Of a stretch of 64,000 nucleotides of DNA, positions 13,235-25,418 are shown piece by piece. The position numbers and the translations under genes are program-made. Positions within the stretch are counted from its first letter, which is position 1, and every line of letters starts with the position of its first letter. The notes under the pieces were generated by a model that was not told the origin of the DNA, searched no databases, and saw nothing but the letters and a program-made list of their open reading frames with translations. Source of the DNA: Pseudogymnoascus verrucosus (lineage: Eukaryota); assembly GCA_001662655.1 (NCBI GenBank), contig KV460236.1. One strand, 5' to 3'.

Positions 13235-14551
13235 GGTGAATATCCGGAGGTTTTGTATGGTTATAGGCGTAGGTGGTGGTGGCTCGCGTCGATACCTGTA
13301 TCTTTTCAGGGCACGGCGGTAAGTGGAATGGGCTATTTCGTTTTCGTTATACGTGCGAGTATTTGTAGGCTGGTATGTCAAGTGTCCGCGTGGTTTGTGG
13401 GGGTTCTTCTGTCAGTTGCTGTTAATTCACCTCAACATCACTCGGGCATTGGGTTCTGTACCTTCCTGGCGGCAGTGAATCTGACGCTTCGAGGTCTCCT
13501 TGCCGCTACCCGCGATACCCTGCTCGGTGCAATTGACGCGGAACGTACTGAAGACAACCTCACATACCGTATACCATCGGCCTTTGCTTTTGCTTTTCGC
13601 AGCTCATCCTCGCGGTGTAGTTTCTGCCACTTCACCCCCTTAAAGTTTTTCAGGTGCTTCTGCCGCTTCTCAATTTGCTCACGCTCCCAGGATGATACTC
13701 TCCGGACTGGCACACATTTTCGGTCATACTTCTTTTTCAGAGGACCTTCCGAGTGCATGGTTCTTTTGGACTCAGTTTGAGTTTGCTAGTGAGCAGTCAC
13801 TGTATCCAAAATGATTCAACTGAAAGGCTCGATCGAGTCGTACATGCTGTTCTTATATACATCGTTACATCAAAGGGGAGGCTATCTTCATATATCCATT
13901 GCCATACGCTTTATCTCTTTCTTCAATCGAGGTCATTCTATCATATTCACTTTCTCCCTTCGGTCTTCTTCGTCAATATCCCACTTTGACTTCATTGTTG
14001 TCCAACCATGCCGTCGTCAACGAGTCTAAACAATGACTCCAGACGAAGCTCCCTACCAAGATTGGACTTCAGGAACGAGTGACAGGAGACATAGCACGCA
14101 CTAATGAACTCTATTTCCGGCTGGTCCAGTTGAAAGCTTGATCGATCAATCAGGTGCGGCCATGGTAACACTAGCCATTTACCATACGTTTTCTGTCGGT
14201 CATTTTGAAAATGTCCGGGGATGCTATGGGCCGCCCTCCCATCTCACCCTTCCTCTCTTTCTCACACATCACCTCGAAAGCACTTTTGGACAAAACTGCC
14301 AATATTATTCTTCGCCAATCTATATACGAAGCTCTAAGATCACTACAGCTGCTGTTCGGCTTCTGTTTTTCAAACTCTAGTCTTCAACCAATATTATATA
14401 AGGTTGGTGTTCTCATATTCCCATCCAAACCAGTTTCCAAAGTAACGTCTAATGGCAAGACAGGAAACTACAATAGACCAAAGAAATTCTCGCCCGAGAG
14501 TTCTCATCCCGACCATCCCTCGTCCAAGAAAGCTGACACATCGTCGTCACC

Positions 14552-14995
14552 ATGCCATCTCTCAAGGCATCCAATAAATCCAAACGGAACTCCGGCGGCA
14601 TCCGCAAATCAGTGTCCCCCACACGCACCGCCCCAGTCCAGCGTACCGCTAGCCCATTCGTCTCTCACGATATCGTCACCTGTGTGTATCAGCGGGTGAA
14701 GCTCCCCGGATGGGGAGTGAACGGTTGGAAGTTGTTTACGACAAAGCATATGCTCCGGGTTGTGGAGGTGGAGTCGGAGGCTGAGGCGGTTGCGCAGTTG
14801 GCAGCTGCGTTGGAGTCGGAAATGTCGTTCTTTAGCGATGATACCGCGAAGACTGGTATTGCTGTTGAACAAGTTGAACGAGTTGAACAACTTGTTGAAC
14901 GACCCGTTGGAAGACTTCTCGGACGACCTCTCTCATTGCGGATCCCGGGATGTCGTCTTAATCATCGCGAGCCCGTGGCCATGAGGATGCGTTAA
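14552..14995 (+). CDS. Possible small orphan protein (147 aa)
   Basis: ATG in good context (CACCATGC) and an open frame; no recognisable domain. Confidence 0.3.
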   Translation: MPSLKASNKSKRNSGGIRKSVSPTRTAPVQRTASPFVSHDIVTCVYQRVKLPGWGVNGWKLFTTKHMLRVVEVESEAEAVAQLAAALESEMSFFSDDTAKTGIAVEQVERVEQLVERPVGRLLGRPLSLRIPGCRLNHREPVAMRMR

Positions 14996-15125
14996 CCTCC
15001 CGGTCTTATTCGCATCACATTCCAAGCTGCTTTAGCTAAAGCTCTTAGCTTGTGCGAGCATTTTTGTGTTGGAAAATCCACCAGCATCATTAGCATTAAT
15101 ATATTACTTCTTGTATGTTTACAGC

Positions 15126-16261
15126 TCATGGTGGACTCTCCACTACAGCGGCTTCTAAAACAGCAAACTTGTTCCTCGTGGAATCTAAGCTCGCCAATGC
15201 ATTCAAAGGAATCGTGAGGATAGGATCTGTGTGACCGATATCAACATTAAACAGGATAGGAAAGTCTGTGCCGTGACACTGGTCCAAGATCATCTGCTTG
15301 AACCCCTTCTTCTGTTCCTCGTCGTACTTGAAAGGTCTACCAACGACCAATCCACTGATTTGCTTGAAAATCCCCAAGTTGACGAGGTCGGCCATTAGTG
15401 AGCGAGTCTGCTCGTACGGCAGGGGGCCGTTGGGGGTCTCTCCTTCAGGGTTCTCGAGGATGAGGATCCGACCTTGGTAAGAGGGGAAATACTTTGTCCC
15501 CGCAAGCTGCAGAATAGAGGGAAGACATCCGCCGAAGAGGCGGCCTGTAGCTTGGCCTGGTCGGAGCCACTCCCAACCCGTGGATGGGGTCCTAAGATCT
15601 CAAATTAGCTAAACCCCGATGGAATGGCATGAGGAAAGACGGTGACTTAACACCGAAGTTATACATACATATGTCTGGGCCGCAGCTCATCGTCTCCATT
15701 ACCCCAGTCACGAAACTCCTCCGTCCACTCAATCGAGCGGGGCAGAACACCAACTGGCTCTCCTACACTCTGAAGCACCTTAAAAAAGTGGTTTAGTGTA
15801 AAATCGAGCGGCTTAGGAAATTCCCCAAACTGCGTGATGGCAGCAGGGCCATAGAACGTCTGCAGCCCCGTCTGGGTAAAGATAGCATGGTGGAGCAGCG
15901 TGATGTCCGAATATCCGCAGAAAATCTTTGGGTTCTTTTTAATAAGGTCATAGTCCAGATGCGGGAGGAGCTCATTGGCAGAGGGGCCACCGATGGTGCA
16001 GATTATGGCTTTGACCTCTGGGTCGCGGAATGCGGAATGGATCTCGTTGCAGCGGTGGAGAACTGTCTCGTGGAAGGTCAAGGGCATTGGGTCGGAGAAG
16101 AATATCTTGATGCGGTACCCTAGGCTTTCTAGGAATGTCTGCGCGCGAGAAACCCGCGAGGGGAAGACGTGGTTTAGTCGGCTGGAGGGTGATATGAAGG
16201 CGATTATATCTCGTGGCTCTAGGGCTTGGGGTAATAATCTAATGGCATTGAGAGCGGCCAT
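15126..16261 (-). CDS. Peptidase family S66 (LD-carboxypeptidase / microcin C7 immunity MccF-like); intron 15592-15668
   Basis: Motifs IAFISPSS, KAIICTIGG, KIFCGYSDIT (catalytic Ser), GRLFGGCL, ILILE (Glu) and DIGHTDP (His). The Ser-His-Glu triad appears intact after splicing. Confidence 0.92.
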
Positions 16262-16556
16262 CCCTAATTTAAAAGGGGGTATTAGATTCTGTAGTAGTCG
16301 GTGATTATCAGAGACTACCGAGGTCAAAATGATAGAAGGGGGAGAGCATTGATTTTAGACGTAGCACACAAATTAAAAAGTCATCCACGAGGTTACAGCC
16401 GCGCCCCGCTAAATTCTGCAGCCTCAGCAAGTGGCTTTATTCTATAAATATCATTACTACTACCCAGCACAGTTTTTATAAAAAGCTCCGATACTCGTGC
16501 AAACACATATCCATAAGTGTAGTATTCTAATTGCCATAGATTATTTACCCTATGAA

Positions 16557-16569
16557 CGGGGGATTGCCG
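16557..16569. promoter_or_regulatory. Candidate Zn2Cys6 site CGG-N7-CCG, ~295 bp upstream of the S66 gene
   Basis: CGGGGGATTGCCG; same spacing and similar spacer as the sites upstream of phacA and fahA. It also lies in the 3' flank of the regulator gene. Confidence 0.4.
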
Positions 16570-16655
16570 CCCAACCGCCTTCCGGCCTGGTATCTGGTAT
16601 TTAACGAAGTTTTTCCATTTTGCCCTTCCATCCTATTTAAATTCGCCTGCGGTAA

Positions 16656-19138
16656 TTAAAATAGATCTCTCAGCTGTCTGTAGAGCTCATCCTCGCCCCC
16701 AAAAGCGTTTGCTCCCCCCGCCATCCCAACCATATTCTCTCCACTACTAACCCCCCCATCATCCATCTGACTAGGCCCAGGATATCCGCCATGAAGACCC
16801 GTCCCCGCCCCCAGCGCTGCCTCGAAAAGATTCGTCATTTCGTGACTCATTTGAAACCCATTGATAGGGCTATTCTCAACCGCAGACACCGAGTGTCCGT
16901 TTCCTCCATTACTCCCCCCTCGGCCATCCTGGCCCATAAACCCATGCATACCAGAGATCTCATGGCCAGCCAATCCGGCCATCGCTAGCGCGGCGCTAGA
17001 ATGGGGATCGTCTAGCGACCCTCCTCTGGCGACAGGTGCTTGTTCCTGCTCCAGTCCTAGTTTTGGGCCTACTTCTTTGAGACCCTTTATGGTGCGCCAG
17101 AGGCGCTTGGAGACGTATGATTTTGAGCTGAAGCCGCGAACGAGCTCGAGTGCCATGTAGAATTCATCCTTGCAGACGGCGCTGAACTGCACAGGGGCAT
17201 GGCAGGAGGCGAGGAAGATGACGGCTAGTGCGGAGATGAGAAAGTAGTTGAAGCACTGTTGTTGTGCGCGGTAGATATCCGTCGTTTGGTTTAGGTGGGT
17301 AAGGGCGCGAATGCTATCTTTCGCCAATTCAACAACCGTCTGCGCGTATGACAGGTTCTCCATTATCGAGTTTGCCGAGTGCAGGACGGGGCGATAGATC
17401 AGGATGCGCATCTGGTTGCAACGTACGTATAGGAGGACCTGCAGGCGATGCATTGCGCGGCTTACAGATTGCGGTGAACCGTTTGTGGGGAGTTGCAGCT
17501 CAGGAGGGATGGCCTTCTGCCACTGCAAAATCTGGTAGTCGAGGTAGCCGATGTCTTCCTTCTTGATATCTGTCGGGGCAAGGCTGTCGAAACCTGCCAC
17601 GGAGCGCCAGACACGCGACCCAATACGGGAATATGATATCATGACACTGAGATAAGGGATCTTGACTTCCTGCGATGTTGTTAGGAGAGCAGCAGAGTGA
17701 GGGAGAGGACAGAAACTCACGGGCCCAGGTAAGCTTGGGTCAATATCCGCATCTTGCATAGCGAATGGCATGCCTGTACCAAAACTCCATCGCCGATCGA
17801 GGCAGTAGATTGACCAGAACAGCCTGACGGCATTTGCACGGCCTTCTTCATCTGGGAAATTCTTGAACAAAGAGTCTCGACGATGCAGCCCAAGCTCAAC
17901 ACACATTCTGGAGGCCTGTCCAATTACACGCCAGGCAAGAGCTCTAGTAATCAATTAGTAACGTGGACACGAGAAGCGGCGGGACTAACATACTCTTCAT
18001 CACAGTGGAAGTGATAAGTTGCCACAAGCACTACCAAGGGTATATCCTTAATTGAAACCCCCTCAGTATGGATAATATTATCTGAAGCACGTTTTGTGTT
18101 CTCATACAGCCGATTGGCAAACTCGCTCTGGCCTGAGCATTCAACGGCAGACGCTATACTCAGGACCATCTTCAAAATGTTCAAATCTTGCTCTGCGACA
18201 GGACTCGGCGACTCGGTATTGGGGTTCTGCCCATTCTTCGGAGAACCTTCTTCCATAAACCGATATTGGGCATTAGCGACTTGCGCAACCCAGTTCATGT
18301 CCAAGAATGGATACATGATGCATATTTCATCTTCGTACACCACGCATAGCCGTAGTGCCTCCTCTTTTGTTATCGACCACAGCGGATCTTTAAACGGATG
18401 CGATGGCAAAACGGCCTGTCTCATTGGCGGCGATCCTGCAGGTGTATCGTCCTGCATCCCATTCCCATCTTCTCCGCCTTCTAGACCCGGGTATCCCATA
18501 TTTTGTAGAGTGTTCTTTGCGACATCAAAACTGAATGCGGAGCTTGTCGGTCCTTGGAATCGGGGATGTTTGGGAGGAGGAGGGCGATAGGTTAAAGCCG
18601 GGCTTGTACTCTGTATGCTCCTCTGGCTCATCGACCCTGTCATCGACCCCTTATTGGGGCCGATATCTCCGCTGCGCAACGCATTGAGGTTCGCGTATAG
18701 GTTATCGATCTGTTCCTGCAGACTCGAGAGATGCGCATTCATCTGTTTGAACTCCTCCGAGTCCTTGAACCCATTCGCGCAGCAGTTAGGCGCATACTGG
18801 CATTCGAGGTTGAGGTTCCCGCACCGTTGGCAAGGTGAGTTTCCATTGCATTTGATTTTGCGGCGCTTGCATTCGTTGCTGTCAGATCTGTCAGTCGGGA
18901 GTTCCGCATTCAGCCCTTGCATTCCACAGCATTTCGAATTGCAAGGTAATCAAAATTAGACCCAGTGCGCCACGGAATAGGCGCGCGATAAGGTGTGGTC
19001 TTACCATGCGATTGAAATATAGCGATTCCGTTTTGCTCTAGGTTGCCCACCATTCTGGGGTCCAAGGTCGTCGCTTTTCCGCTTTCCTTGGTCCCGCGCT
19101 GGGCTTTCCGCACTGTCAGTGCCCCGTCGATCTGCCAT
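16656..19138 (-). CDS. Zn(II)2Cys6 transcription factor with fungal-specific TF domain; introns 18879-19004, 17944-17993, 17670-17720
   Basis: Spliced zinc cluster ACNECKRRKIKCNGNSPCQRCGNLNLEC; middle homology region ELGLHRR...FWSIYCLDRRWSFGTGMP. Confidence 0.93.
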
Positions 19139-19742
19139 GGCGTAACCAGCGACGAGGGGGAGCGGGAGGGGAGAGTCGACTAGGCTCGACAGGTCGCTGA
19201 CTTGGGTCTCGAGAATATTTTGCATGCTCACGAGCGCATCATGGGTGATTGAGGCGTCGGACAGACAAATGGTGTTGTTTGGAGACGGGAACCCGAGCGG
19301 GACCTTTGGCCCGAAGAAAGGCGGAGGAGTGTTGGGATCTACACCTGGGGGTGGGACTAAAATACTGGGGTAGCTTGGCGCAAAAGAAATTATAGGCCCA
19401 TTATAAAAACCGCATTAACAACCAGTTCAAAGTTGTCAGCCTCGAATTAATACAAAGACTGAATTGAATGTATGAATATTTGCGCGTAGAGTATGCGAAG
19501 ACAACATAAAGACCTCAGATTAAGATAATTTTTGCTTATTCAACCCATAACAGTAACGGTCTATTTACATTTAACTGCACACCCAGGGTATAAGTATTTG
19601 AGCCTACTGTGAAAAGGAGTGTCGAGGCCGTGACTCGACATGAAATTCCCTCAACACTGTAACTGCAAATCTTCTGGAAACGTTGCCACCGAACGGGCAG
19701 TTTGGAAAACATCCCCCCAACTCCTTTATCATGCCCCAATCA

Positions 19743-21422
19743 TCAGGTAGACAAGTGTCTCGTCTTATCTTCGCTCTCTTGGATCCACTGCTTGAGTGAT
19801 TCTGAGTCCCTGGCGCGGAAACCACACTTAAATGGCTTTGGTTCAGTTGTCAGAGACGTTGGAATAGCGTTGCATCCCAACGCATCCAGGATAGGAAGAT
19901 CCTCTGGCTTCTGAGCCGGATCAATGTGGAAAGCCATTATCATGCGGACAAACGCGACGTATAATTCGCGGTTGGCAAGGTGCGAGCCAGCGCACATACG
20001 AGATCCAGCACCGTAGGCAAAGTGAGGAGTGCCACCGGAACCCTCCAGATTGTCGAGATAGCGCTCAACGGAGAATTCCTGGGGACTCTTGAAATGAGTC
20101 GCATCATAGTCTGCGGCCCATGCGTTCATGTAGAAGGTTGTTCCGGCAGGGATGACTGCATTTTCGTACTTGATGTCCTTGATGCTCGTTCGTGGCAGGC
20201 AGATGGGAATGACGATGAAGAAGCGAAGCACCTCACGAACGAAGGCGGTGACATAGGATACCTTCTCCTCCAAAATACACTTCTCCCAGGCATCTCCATC
20301 GGGGTATACTTTCATAATTTCGTCGTAGGCACGTTTTTGGATTTCTTGGCCGTGAGGTGACGAGAGGTATGCGATTCCCATAATCAAGTTCCCTGGCACG
20401 GTATCGAGACCTGCAGAGACCATGGTAAGACAGATTGACTTGATCTCGTCTGTGCTAAGCTTCGCTTCCGGGTCTTTGAGAATCTGTCATCGTAATGTTA
20501 GTAATATTCCAAACGTTTCGTGGTTGGTGGTTCTAAACTTACGTTGCCAGTAATGCAAGGCTTATCAACTCCTCTTTCGATCTCGCCCTTGAGCCTAGCC
20601 AGTAAAAAGCTCAAGTACTTGTCTCTGCGCTCTCTGTACTCTTTCGGTCCCTTGCTGCTGCTTGGCCACAACCTCATAAGCGGAATGTAGTCCTGCCAGT
20701 TGTTGCTAGTACTTCTGAAGTTGCTCACGACTCTCTCAACGTGACAAATCTCTTGCAGCAGTTCATCGTCGATTTTCCCGTCAATTCTTGAGCCATAGTT
20801 GAGTGTCAAACTTGTGTTCAGGGCAAATCTCTGGAAGTATGCAATGGGATCAATATCGACAGTGCCGTCCTTGGAATCCTGGAAGATTTCTTTGATGGAT
20901 ACGTTGCATTCGAGGTCAAGAATTGGCATGTAGGATTGGACAGCTGGGCGGTTTAGAGCAGTGGCAGCAGCCTTGCGACGGTTTTTGCATGACTCGTCCC
21001 ACGGGGATGTCCCGACAGTGAAACCTTGCGAGGAGGAGACGACCGTGTGAAAGGTGTGAAGAGTAGGGCGGGAGATGAGAGCCGACTGGTTCGTGATCCA
21101 GAGGTGGCGAACAGAATCGAAGGTATTGGCAAATACAATTCTCTGAAGCAGGTTAGATTCCAACACATGGAATTGAGAGTTCAACGGAGAACACTAAACG
21201 TACCCTGTTGCCTAGGCGGACTTGGAACACCGGGCCATATGTCTTCGAGTAATTGTATGCCGCTGTAGCATGATCGCTGCCGAATTTAAGGAGAGAACCA
21301 AACAGAGGAAGTCCAGGAACCTCAGGTAGGTTCTTAATTTTGGGCGTGTCGGTGTGGTTCAAGTATTTAACAAATAAATATATCACAGCGGCAATCGCAA
21401 TGCCGACAACTTGGTAACCCAT
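19743..21422 (-). CDS. phacA: Cytochrome P450 phenylacetate 2-hydroxylase (CYP504A-like); introns 21143-21203, 20484-20542
   Basis: CYP504 signature QSALISRPTLHTFHTVVSSSQGFTVGTSPWDESCK, I-helix SAGLDT, EVLR, and heme motif FAYGAGSRMCAG. Confidence 0.9.
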
Positions 21423-21589
21423 TTTGGAGGAGATCTTCGCAGGCGGTAGATACAAAAAAAGATGCAAGTAAAAGCTCCAGAGCTGCTGTCGCCTTCTTAT
21501 ATAACAATACGAGGGGAAAACGACCGTATATATTTATGCCTTGAATTGGTTGGAGTTACCGATGCTAAATTGGTTTCTGGGGAAGTAGG

Positions 21590-21602
21590 CGGGGATATTC
21601 CG
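21590..21602. promoter_or_regulatory. Candidate Zn2Cys6 site CGG-N7-CCG, ~170 bp upstream of phacA; overlaps a CreA-type GCGGGG
   Basis: CGGGGATATTCCG (reverse complement CGGAATATCCCCG). Further GCGGGG sites at 21811, 21854 and 21865. Confidence 0.5.
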
Positions 21603-21992
21603 CGGGCGCTTCTATGGCCCAGTGTATTTCAATCTCACTAGATCCTCGTTCACTCAAAGCTTCAATAGACATGAATCTCGAATTACCGAGAGACATCCGG
21701 CATTTATATGCCACGTTGGTGAGCTGTCGACGCTTCAACGTGCATTTAGGAGCAGGTTCCGCGTTTGGATGACGGTGGGCACGGAATAGGTGCGCTACAT
21801 ATTCCCAAATGCGGGGTACTAATTTTCAGCGGAGTGCCGTACCTTACGAACGTGCGGGGAGAATGCGGGGCCTTCAGTTTCGGAGTTCATCACAGCAAAC
21901 AAGTCCGCGAAAAACAATTGAGGCATTAGTAATGGAATTTATTTGATTTTTAGCCCTAAACTATACGAGGCACGAGATATCTAGTTGCTGAC

Positions 21993-23394
21993 TTATTGTT
22001 GGAGAGGTGGGGCAGGCAGGATGGTGCCCACGCATTCTCCAAATCCTACAAGCTGGCCATTCTCAACCCCGCACGCCCCACGAATAGTAACAGTGTCACC
22101 ATCGACGAGGAATTTGCGAACTTCTCCGTTGGAAAGCTTGACCTCCTCTTTACCAGCACGGTTGATCTCGAGTAAAGACCCCAGAGTATCGCGCTCAGTA
22201 CCAGAAATGGTACCAGACCCAAGGAGATCACCAGTGTTCATTGGGCAGCCACCGACGGTGTGGTGGGCAAGCATCTGGGGGAACGACCAGAGGAGGTTTG
22301 CTGCTGTGGTCTTGGAGATAGTTGTGTTCGTTCCGTCCGATGCTTCAATATGTTAGCCAATGCCATAAATGTAGAAACCGGGATATTCTTACTGGTTAGG
22401 TCAACCTCAAGCTTAATATCGTACGCACGATTTGCTTGTGGGTCCTTCAGATATGCGGTCAACTCGGTAGAGTTCTCCAGAGCCTTTGTTCTGAAAGGCT
22501 CCAGGGCATCCATGAGGACGACCCAAGGGGAGATCGATGTGCCGAAGTTCTTGGCATTGAATGGTCCCAGTGGGACATACTCCCACGTTTGAATATCTCT
22601 TGCAGACCAATCGTTCATAAGGACAAGACCGAAGAGGTTATCTTCCGCTGTGCCAACTGGTATCGGCTCGCCCTGCTTGTTTGGCGTGCACACAAACGCA
22701 GCAAGCTCCAGCTCAATATCTAGCCTCTTGCATGCGGTATAGGTCGGTTCGTCAGGCTTGGATGGATCAAGGATAACTTGGCCGTTAGGTCTGCGAATTG
22801 GTGTTCCGGAGACCACAACAGACGATGCACGCCCATGGTATCCAACTGGGAGATGAGTATAGTTCTTTTGGAGGGCGTTGGCTGGACCGCGGAACATAGT
22901 TCCAACCTAGAACTTTGTTAGAGAGCTTCAAACCTTCATATTTAGAAGTTTCTTACGTTGAATGCATGGTTAATGCCGGCGAAAAAGTCGGTATAGTCGC
23001 CAATTTGCATTGGCAAGTGAAGCTTGGCCTTGCTCCTGGGAACTAGAGCCTCCTTCTTGAGCTCCTCGTTGTCCTTGAGAACCTTTGATGAAGCGCTACC
23101 TTCCGAAAACACGTCTTGGAGGTATTCACGAACTTGCTTGTGTACTGGGCGACCAAGCGCTGCGAATGAGTTCAGGGTTGGCTCTCCAAACACGGACAGC
23201 TTGTCTTGGATGGAAGGAAGCCCAGAGAATCCGCCATTCTTTGCGAAACACTGCAGATCCAGCGCGTAGTCACCAATTGCAACTGCTGACCTCTTCTGCT
23301 CTTGTCCCTCTGTGCTGATGATCCCGAAAGGGATATTTGCTATGGAGAAGTGAGAATCCGCTGGGATCTCCAGCCAGCTCTTTGATGCGACCAT
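21993..23394 (-). CDS. fahA: Fumarylacetoacetase; introns 22907-22956, 22343-22392
   Basis: Motifs SHFSIANIPFG, IGDYTDFF, HLPVGYHGRASS, LDIELE, LMNDWSARDIQ.WEYVPLGPF and GDLLGSGTISG. Confidence 0.95.
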
Positions 23395-23579
23395 TTTGAA
23401 GATGTTTTTGAGTCCTTTAGTTGCCACGATTGTTTATACGCAAAGAAGACAATGGACAAGAGAATAGATGAAGATTATTTGCAGAAATCACAAAAGAGGA
23501 GTATGCAGGAGAGCTTACATTTGTTCAATATATCGGGCGGGTATAGAAGGGACAACAAATAATGCGGCATGACCCCGCT

Positions 23580-23592
23580 CGGAATTCCTCCG
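23580..23592. promoter_or_regulatory. Candidate Zn2Cys6 site CGG-N7-CCG, ~185 bp upstream of fahA
   Basis: CGGAATTCCTCCG, 10/13 identical to the reverse complement of the phacA site. Flanked by CCCCGC (CreA-type) at 23573 and 23611. Confidence 0.5.
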
Positions 23593-23991
23593 CGGTAATC
23601 GGACCAGCTGCCCCGCATACGTCACTTGTGTGCGGTACGGACCCCTGGATCCTGATTGGCTAGCATCCTCAGCTTCAAAAAACCTTAATTGTTGCGTCTT
23701 GTTGTTTTTGGAGAAACGATTAAAATAACGAAGCCGATAACCGGAGATGGAGACCCCAATTATGGAAACAGAAGGCTCTATTTTTGCGTGACGTTTGACA
23801 CAGCTTGGTGGCGATTGCCAGACTGCCTCAAAAGCAATTCACGGGCAAGATACGGTGCAATTGGAGAAAATTGTTTGCTAGGAAACGTGCATTTCAAAGA
23901 CCTGGCGGAGTAGAAAAGACCGCACCGGCCCACTTGGGCAGGGTCCTAGATCACCTCCAAATATCCTGGAGCGAATGAGCTCAACGGAACA

Positions 23992-25418
23992 ATGCACTAC
24001 ATTCGTTTCCTCAAGCCTCCGCAGATAACCCGGGATGCCAAAGTACCTGACCACCACATACTTTATGCCAAGATAACCGTCGTCAACGACTTGGGAGAAA
24101 GCTTCTTATGGTGCGATATACCCATCGAGGCTACCATTCGGGACAGCAATGGCGTGACCGTCGCCACGCAAAGCCTTGTGTGGAAGTGCGAGAAGAGACA
24201 GCTGGAAGTGAGGCTAGCATTGAGCGAAAAGAAGGCAAGAAAGGAAAAATATAAGCCACCTTATCAACTCAGCGTGTGGCCTTCCACAGGAGACTTCACG
24301 CCTTATAACTTGGCAAAGGTGCTCAGCATAAACAGAGGGCAGACTAATCGACCAGCGGATGGCGCCGTTTTACGCGGGTTGAGCGCCACCTTCAAGGCCA
24401 CGGCGGAATCCATTCGTCCTGTAATTTACAGGCACTTCAAATTGAATGGCGGGGTCACTATGAGTATTGACGAGGATACAGGGGAAAGTATTGCGAGGCA
24501 TATATGGTACGTTTTTTTCCTACTTTCTATCATGTCGCCCTCAATATACAGAGAATCAGGCGAGTGCCGTATCAAAGCTACTCAAAATGGCCCTACCATG
24601 AATACACGCGGAAGCTATCATAATACTCTTTATATTTTCATATGAGCATTCCTTCATCCCAACCACCATCTGTACGTTTTGAGGGTCCCGTGCCTCAAAA
24701 CTCAAACCTCAGCTCTATCTCCTTCCTGCATATTACGTTCCATCTACTGAATTTCTTAAATTTGGCTCCAGTTACATATATATATTTTCTATTTCTAACA
24801 CTACATAGGGACGCTGGTGTCATCCTCTCAGCCCTCCTCGAGGAGCTAAGCCTGCCTTCCAGCACCCCCCCACCGGGTCTCCGATTACTGGGCGACCTGA
24901 TCAAAACCGTACCACAACCCTCTGTCCTTGAACTGGGTACTGGTTGCGGAATCGTCGCCATCACATTTGCACTCTCCGTCCCAGATTCTCGCATAATTGC
25001 CACCGATCTGGAGGAAGCCGCCGAAGTCGCATCTGATAATCTCGAGCAAGCCACCAACACGTCTTACATGAACCTCGATTGGTCAGAGCCACTACCACTG
25101 AGAGTTGCGCATGAGAACTTTGACTTGATCCTGGTGGCGGACTGCACATACAACCCAGACGTGGTCCCCTATCTCGTCTCAACGCTAGCCAAGTTGATCA
25201 AGAAATCACCATCGGTGTTGATATGCCTGGCCATGAAAGTGCGCCATGCCAGCGAGGCGGTATTCTTCGACCTCATGAAGGAGCACGGCATTGTGCAGGT
25301 TGGTAAACACAGTGAGAGGGTGGGGAACTTGGGCGACGAAGACGAATCCGTCGATATTTATTTGTTTAAGGGTGCAGAGGCGGCGAAGGTCTTAAAACGC
25401 GTGTCTGGTTTGGTTTAA
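23992..25418 (+). CDS. Family-16 (METTL21-like) SAM-dependent protein methyltransferase; intron 24507-24808
   Basis: MHYIRFLKPP start, spliced GESIARHIWDAG, motif I VLELGTGCG, and DLILVADCTYN (DxxY). Confidence 0.9.

Noticed and set aside
13438..13758. Basic 106-aa ORF as a first exon of the repeat protein
   Set aside because: No convincing intron joins it in frame, and a strong-context ATG exists at 13234.
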